From contig JADHVG010000004.1 of NCBI GenBank assembly GCA_016784105.1, positions 1-32,000 of the forward strand: DNA of 32,000 bases. The letters are read 5' to 3'. The notes beneath the pieces were generated by a model, which was not told the DNA's origin, ran no database searches, and was given only the letters and a program-made list of their open reading frames with translations. The stretch is from Candidatus Woesearchaeota archaeon. Lineage in GTDB: Archaea; Nanobdellota; Nanobdellia; Woesearchaeales; GW2011-AR4. Below, piece by piece: positions 28,170 to 32,000 of the stretch (position 1 is its first letter; every line of letters starts with the position of its first letter). The position numbers were made by a program, and so were the translations under genes.

Positions 28170-28730
28170 CTAAAAAGAATCAACAAATATTCTGTGCTTT
28201 TCTTTGCCTTCCAGCTCATCGATTATCCTTTTGATAACTGCTTTCTCCGGATCTGGCATTAATTTTACACGTTTTTTTATGTCAGCGAAGTTTTCAAACT
28301 CTTTTTCTTCCCTGGCATTTATTATTTCCCACATGTGTTTTTTCCCTACTCCTGGAAGTAGTTCTATTTGATGCATTCTTGTGCTTAATGGCATTGCCTT
28401 GTTGAAGAATTCTATTACCTTCTTTTCATTCTTATGAACTATTTCTTTGATAGCGAATTCTAACTCACTTTTTGCAGTTCTAGTAAGTTTTGACATTGGA
28501 AGTTTGCCCATTATGTGGTGTATTTTTTCTCTTTTTCCTTCTCCGATATAAACTTCTTCGTAAGGTTGTAAGTGTACTCCTTTCTTTGGAACTAGTTCGA
28601 GAAGCACAAATTTTTCTTTGCCTATAGCTTGAGCTACTGGGGTCTTCATGTACATTGGTCTGCTGTCTAGCGGATACCCGTTAGGCAAAAAATCAAGTAT
28701 TATTGCGTTTTCTTCTTTACTTTTTTCCAT
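28170..28730 (-). CDS. DUF655-family protein (OB-fold plus helix-hairpin-helix), conserved archaeal gene
   Basis: EENAIILDFLPNGY, KFVLLELVPKKG, YIGEGKR, and the C-terminal HQIELLPGVGKKHMWEIINAREE HhH motif are present. It sits in the usual position downstream of rpl21e-rpoF. The start is taken at MEKSKEE. Confidence 0.75.
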   Translation of the reverse strand: MEKSKEENAIILDFLPNGYPLDSRPMYMKTPVAQAIGKEKFVLLELVPKKGVHLQPYEEVYIGEGKREKIHHIMGKLPMSKLTRTAKSELEFAIKEIVHKNEKKVIEFFNKAMPLSTRMHQIELLPGVGKKHMWEIINAREEKEFENFADIKKRVKLMPDPEKAVIKRIIDELEGKEKHRIFVDSF

Positions 28731-28740
28731 TTTTTCAGTT

Positions 28741-29622
28741 TCAAAGTTCTGATGCGCATACATATTGGTGGAATGCTTGTTGATGGTCAGTGGTTATCTT
28801 TCCCAGCTTATCCATAGACAACACTCTTTTTTCTTTTGCTTTAAGCATTTTCTCTTTTTCTGAAATTACATGCCTAATCTTTCTTTTTATTTCCTTTCTT
28901 GATGCACTTTTATTTTTAATTTGTGAAAATATTTCTTTTTCCTTTGTGTATTCTGCTTCTAAATTTGAGAGCAATGCAAGCAGTTCTGGTATATGTTGGA
29001 CCTTCAGCAATTTTGCTTTTTTTGCAGGGGGAATTTTTACTTCCATCGCTTCCAAAAGCATACTTTGAATGTGCAAATTTTTCTCTATGTCCTTGATTTC
29101 AGTTACTTCTTCCCTAAAAACTTCTATTTCTTTTTCTTTGTAATTCTTTAACAGCTTATCATCAAATATGATTATTTCTTTTATGAGCGTGTATATGGTA
29201 TGTTCAATTTTTTCCAAGTAATTTTTTGACAATTGTTCTTGTTTTCTCAAAACTTGTTGGGGGTTCTTTGATTTTAATGCAGTGAGCATCAAAGGATTTT
29301 TCACAATTTTTATTTCTTTAAGCAATGATTCTCCAAGATAATGGTTTATTGATATTATCTTATTTATTATTTCCCTTATTGATTCTGCGTTTTTTTTAAG
29401 TTCAGGTAAGTTCACGCTTTTTGCGGATAGTGTGTTAAGCATCAAACCGTGCAATGCACCCATAAGTTTTTTCTTTTTTGTTTCTGCACTAAGGTTGGTG
29501 TTTGAAATAACTTTTTCCAAATCTTTCTTGCTTAATCTCTTTTTTCTTAACGAGGTATTATTGCATTCACGGATAACCTTCTTATAGCTATCAGCATATC
29601 TCTTCTCTATACCCACCCTCAT
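28741..29622 (-). CDS. hypothetical Lys-rich coiled-coil protein (293 aa)
   Basis: Long ORF whose TATA gtttatatac ends 23 nt upstream of the ATG. The sequence is helical and heptad-like. No family recognised. Confidence 0.55.
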   Translation of the reverse strand: MRVGIEKRYADSYKKVIRECNNTSLRKKRLSKKDLEKVISNTNLSAETKKKKLMGALHGLMLNTLSAKSVNLPELKKNAESIREIINKIISINHYLGESLLKEIKIVKNPLMLTALKSKNPQQVLRKQEQLSKNYLEKIEHTIYTLIKEIIIFDDKLLKNYKEKEIEVFREEVTEIKDIEKNLHIQSMLLEAMEVKIPPAKKAKLLKVQHIPELLALLSNLEAEYTKEKEIFSQIKNKSASRKEIKRKIRHVISEKEKMLKAKEKRVLSMDKLGKITTDHQQAFHQYVCASEL

Positions 29623-29644
29623 TTTTATTATTTTGAATATTTAT

Positions 29645-29654
29645 GTATATAAAC
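29645..29654 (-). promoter_or_regulatory. TATA box of the 293-aa coiled-coil ORF
   Basis: The minus strand reads gtttatatac, ending 23 nt before ATG 29622. Confidence 0.45.
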
Positions 29655-29719
29655 ATTTGCTTTTGAGGTTTTAAAATAACAATCACCAGCGATAACTATC
29701 CTAATTTCTTAAGAAAAAA

Positions 29720-30064
29720 TTACTTCTTTGTTATTGTGCTATTTATTGCATCAACAACTTTTTTCATGTTTTCTTGGGTAACACTGACTGTGTATCCTTG
29801 AAGAATTAATTTTAGATCTTTAACGGTTGTTGGCATTACATCAACAATCTTGTGAACTTGCTGTTCTCTTAATCTTGGAATTTTTAACTTCTCAATCTTA
29901 TTGTAAAGTTTGTCAGCATCTTTATATTCTGCTGCACTCGCAAGGTGTTCTTCGGTTTTTTGAGCTCTGAACTTTAGCTCTTTGTCTCTCTTCTTTATGC
30001 CAGCTAGTTCCTTTTTTACTTGGTAGCTGTTGATTGGTTGTTCTGATAGTATTTCTAATGCCAT
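29720..30064 (-). CDS. rpoF: DNA-directed RNA polymerase subunit F (Rpo4)
   Basis: 114 aa with the pattern EQPINSYQVKKEL...KIEKLKIPRLREQQVHKIVDVMPTTVKDLKLIL, typical of archaeal RpoF. The ATG lies 1 nt after the rpl21e stop. Confidence 0.8.
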   Translation of the reverse strand: MALEILSEQPINSYQVKKELAGIKKRDKELKFRAQKTEEHLASAAEYKDADKLYNKIEKLKIPRLREQQVHKIVDVMPTTVKDLKLILQGYTVSVTQENMKKVVDAINSTITKK

Positions 30065-30065
30065 T

Positions 30066-30356
30066 TTAATTTCCTTTTTTTAGGTGTACTGGATGTATTA
30101 TTATTGTTTTTTCTTTTCCTTGATCATTTATTGTAACTTCGTAGCAATCTCCTCTTGTCCCAGCCACTATTCCTGTGTGCCCCATGAATCTTGAGTGATA
30201 CATTCCTTTATGGACTGCTGGTTCAATAGAAAGATGTACTTTTTGGCCTTCTTCAAAGGTTTGCATATAGTTGCCTATGCTTAATTTACCTTTAGCCCTT
30301 ATTTCCTTTTTATATTTGAAACGCGCTTTTCTCCTCAAGCCACCTATCCTATTCAT
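30066..30356 (-). CDS. rpl21e: 50S ribosomal protein L21e
   Basis: From MNRIGGLRRKARFKY... the sequence GQKVHLSIEPAVHKGMYHSRFMGHTGIV...YEV matches L21e at the typical length of 96 aa. A TATA tttttaaag ends 22 nt upstream of ATG 30356. The track start at 30428 is an upstream extension. Confidence 0.85.
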   Translation of the reverse strand: MNRIGGLRRKARFKYKKEIRAKGKLSIGNYMQTFEEGQKVHLSIEPAVHKGMYHSRFMGHTGIVAGTRGDCYEVTINDQGKEKTIIIHPVHLKKGN

Positions 30357-30479
30357 AACATTTTGGTTTTTATGGTGCTTTAAAAATGTTTCGTTGCTAT
30401 GTCTCATTAGTAATGCTAATAGAAACATTTAAATATTTGTTATAATCATTTTTACTACAACAGAGATGTAGGTGGTAAA

Positions 30480-30905
30480 ATGAATAATTTTCTTTCAAAA
30501 ATCAAGGAAAAAATATCGGGAGCAAGTTCTCAAATTATGCACGAAGCCGAGGAAGAAGGCTATGTGGAATTAGGTGCTGATGCTTCTACTGAAAAAGGCC
30601 AAAGAATAACAGTAAGACCTTTTGTAATGGAGGACTTTGAAAGCATAAAGCCAATTCTTGATTCGTTAAGGGAAGGCCATACAATTGCTTTAGTTAACAT
30701 CAAACCTCTAAAAGATAAGGATCTTGTCGAGTTAAAACGGGCTATCAACAAGCTAAAGAAGACATGTGATGCTATCGAAGGAGACATTGCTGGTTTTGGT
30801 GATAATTGGATTGCTGCTGTCCCAAGCTTTGCGCACATTCACAGGCACAAACAGAAGACCGCTGCACCAGAACAAAGCATGCCAGAAGTTACAGAATACG
30901 ATTAA
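30480..30905 (+). CDS. sepF: archaeal SepF-like cell division protein (DUF552)
   Basis: An N-terminal amphipathic helix MNNFLSKIKEKI, a linker, then the core ITVRPFVMEDFESIKPILDSLREGHTIALVNIKPL...AINKLKKTCDAIEGDIAGFGDNW. AGGTGG lies 4 nt upstream of the ATG. Confidence 0.75.
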   Translation: MNNFLSKIKEKISGASSQIMHEAEEEGYVELGADASTEKGQRITVRPFVMEDFESIKPILDSLREGHTIALVNIKPLKDKDLVELKRAINKLKKTCDAIEGDIAGFGDNWIAAVPSFAHIHRHKQKTAAPEQSMPEVTEYD

Positions 30906-30929
30906 TTTTTTCTTTATTGAACTTTTTTT
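30906..30929 (+). terminator. oligo-T tracts after sepF
   Basis: tttttt and ttttttt runs lie directly after the TAA at 30903-30905. Confidence 0.35.
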
Positions 30930-31030
30930 ATTTGTAAATTATGATCTTCGTTGTTTATCTGGGTTTTTTATTTAGGTTGGTTCTCAAAATACTCAGATGA
31001 TTTTAAATAAAACCAAGTAGTAACCAAAAA

Positions 31031-31040
31031 GTTTATATAG
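31031..31040 (+). promoter_or_regulatory. TATA box of the wHTH-MNT gene
   Basis: gtttatatag ends 22 nt before ATG 31062. Confidence 0.45.
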
Positions 31041-31061
31041 TTTTGGATATTACTATGATTC

Positions 31062-31655
31062 ATGGTGCTTGGGAATTTAATTGGTAGTGGGATGATGACA
31101 GATTTGAGGGAGCTAAAGCAAGCATATCCTAAAGTATTATCTTGGTTTTTTTCTTATCCGACTAAAGAAATTGGCCTAACTGACTTGAGCGAAGTATTAG
31201 AAATAGCAAAAACAACTGCGCATCAAATAGTCAATAAGTTGGTCGAGGAAGAGTTTTTAAAAAAAGAAGTTATAGGAAAAGTTTGGAGGATTTCATGCAA
31301 TCAGGATCATCATTATAACCATTCTAAAAAAATAGCATACAACCTGCTCCATATTTATGAATCCAAAATAGTGGATAAAATAAAAAAGTCAATCCTAAAT
31401 TCAAGGTCGATAGTTCTTTTTGGAAGTTACAGCAAAGGAGATGATACAGAGGAGAGTGACCTTGACATCGCGGTTGAAATATTGGGAAACGGAGATTTAG
31501 AAATTGAAAATGTAGGGGTGATAAAGAAGTTAGGTTATAGGGAAAAAGTTCCGGTCAACGTACATATTTTTTCAAGAAATAAAATTGATTCGAATTTGTT
31601 TGCGAACATAGCTAATGGAGTGATCTTGGATGGTTTCTTGGAGGTCAGACCATGA
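31062..31655 (+). CDS. winged-helix plus minimal nucleotidyltransferase (MNT) domain protein
   Basis: An N-terminal wHTH-like region (LTDLSEVLEIAKTTAHQIVNKLVEEEFL) is followed by the NTase signature LFGSYSKGDDTEESDLDIAV. Its TATA gtttatatag ends 22 nt upstream of the ATG. Confidence 0.75.
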   Translation: MVLGNLIGSGMMTDLRELKQAYPKVLSWFFSYPTKEIGLTDLSEVLEIAKTTAHQIVNKLVEEEFLKKEVIGKVWRISCNQDHHYNHSKKIAYNLLHIYESKIVDKIKKSILNSRSIVLFGSYSKGDDTEESDLDIAVEILGNGDLEIENVGVIKKLGYREKVPVNVHIFSRNKIDSNLFANIANGVILDGFLEVRP

Positions 31656-32000
31656 CCATAAGATACAAGAAACCAGATAAAAAAAATGCGTTGAGTATAC
31701 TGGAAGCATCCAAAAGAGATATGAAATTTACATTATCTCTGGATTTATCAGATGAATCTGGAACAACTATTGCAAGAAATATTTATGAATGTTTTCGGAT
31801 GCTTGGAGATGCGTTATTAGTAGCAAAAGGAATCGAATCTAAGGACCATGTTTTGCCAATAAGTGAACTTTTAAAAATTCAAGCAGATACTAGACGTCCA
31901 ATACAATTAATAGATAATTTAAGAAAATTACGGCACAACATAAATTATTATGGATACCAACCAAGAAGAATCGAGGTGGAAGATGCTATTTCTATAGCTG
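31652..32000 (+). CDS. HEPN-like protein, 3' end outside the window (not in the ORF track)
   Basis: My own translation is MTIRYKKPDKKNALSILEASKRDM...IARNIYECFRMLGDALLVAKG...DNLRKLRHNINYYGY. The ATG overlaps the MNT TGA (ATGA), and GGAGGT lies 6 nt upstream. The start coordinate is derived from the track stop at 31655; my count from the printed lines differs by 1 nt. Confidence 0.55.
   Translation, partial: MTIRYKKPDKKNALSILEASKRDMKFTLSLDLSDESGTTIARNIYECFRMLGDALLVAKGIESKDHVLPISELLKIQADTRRPIQLIDNLRKLRHNINYYGYQPRRIEVEDAISIA

Noticed and set aside
12283-30428. Several longest-ORF N-terminal extensions appear in the track: hisS from 12283, ORF from 13562, psmB from 19473, proB from 25261, ZIP from 25421, DUF655 from 28763, and rpl21e from 30428.
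   Set aside because: The extensions use TTG/GTG or add residues that are not homologous to the family. They would also swallow the TATA box that sits 22 nt upstream of an internal ATG.
31648-31656. There is a 1-nt discrepancy between my count of the printed sequence lines and the ORF-track stop (31655) of the MNT gene.
   Set aside because: This is most likely my own counting slip, so the track coordinates are used. It affects the HEPN start by at most 1 nt.

Overview
This is an AT-rich, very gene-dense archaeal chromosomal segment. Hand counts on sampled 60-nt lines gave 25-47% GC. I call about 41 protein genes and one tRNA, with little non-coding space beyond short promoter gaps. The archaeal identity rests on ribosomal proteins S3Ae and L21e, RNA polymerase subunit Rpo4/F, proteasome beta subunit, KH/beta-CASP aCPSF1, Bud32 kinase, archaeal SepF, type-2 methionine aminopeptidase, archaeal-type ProRS, TrmB and AbrB-PhoU regulators, and BRE/TATA boxes. 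The composition and compactness suggest an uncultivated small-genome (DPANN-like) archaeon, but that is inference only. Other genes present are purB (partial), purM, gyrB, a SemiSWEET-like PQ-loop protein, hisS, proS, proB, a ZIP metal transporter, an M50 site-2 protease, a trypsin-like protease, a Sec11-type signal peptidase, and a wHTH-nucleotidyltransferase/HEPN pair at the right edge. I saw no CRISPR array, rRNA, transposase, integrase or prophage. I did not find a clear-cut new defence-type system. The most notable items are: (1) a tRNA-Gln(CUG) whose only intron sits in the T-loop (59/60) and folds by hand into a bulge-helix-bulge; (2) a bacterial-type gshA-gshB glutathione pair translationally coupled to bud32 and a HAD phosphatase; (3) an uncharacterised 293-aa coiled-coil gene inserted in the conserved L21e-RpoF-DUF655 cluster, followed by an S2P plus membrane-anchored protease pair; (4) several clusters of orphan membrane or surface genes; (5) a strikingly regular TATA-to-ATG spacing of about 22 nt, implying leaderless mRNAs and allowing several start codons to be re-assigned. 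All protein family calls come from motif recognition by eye, not from database searches.
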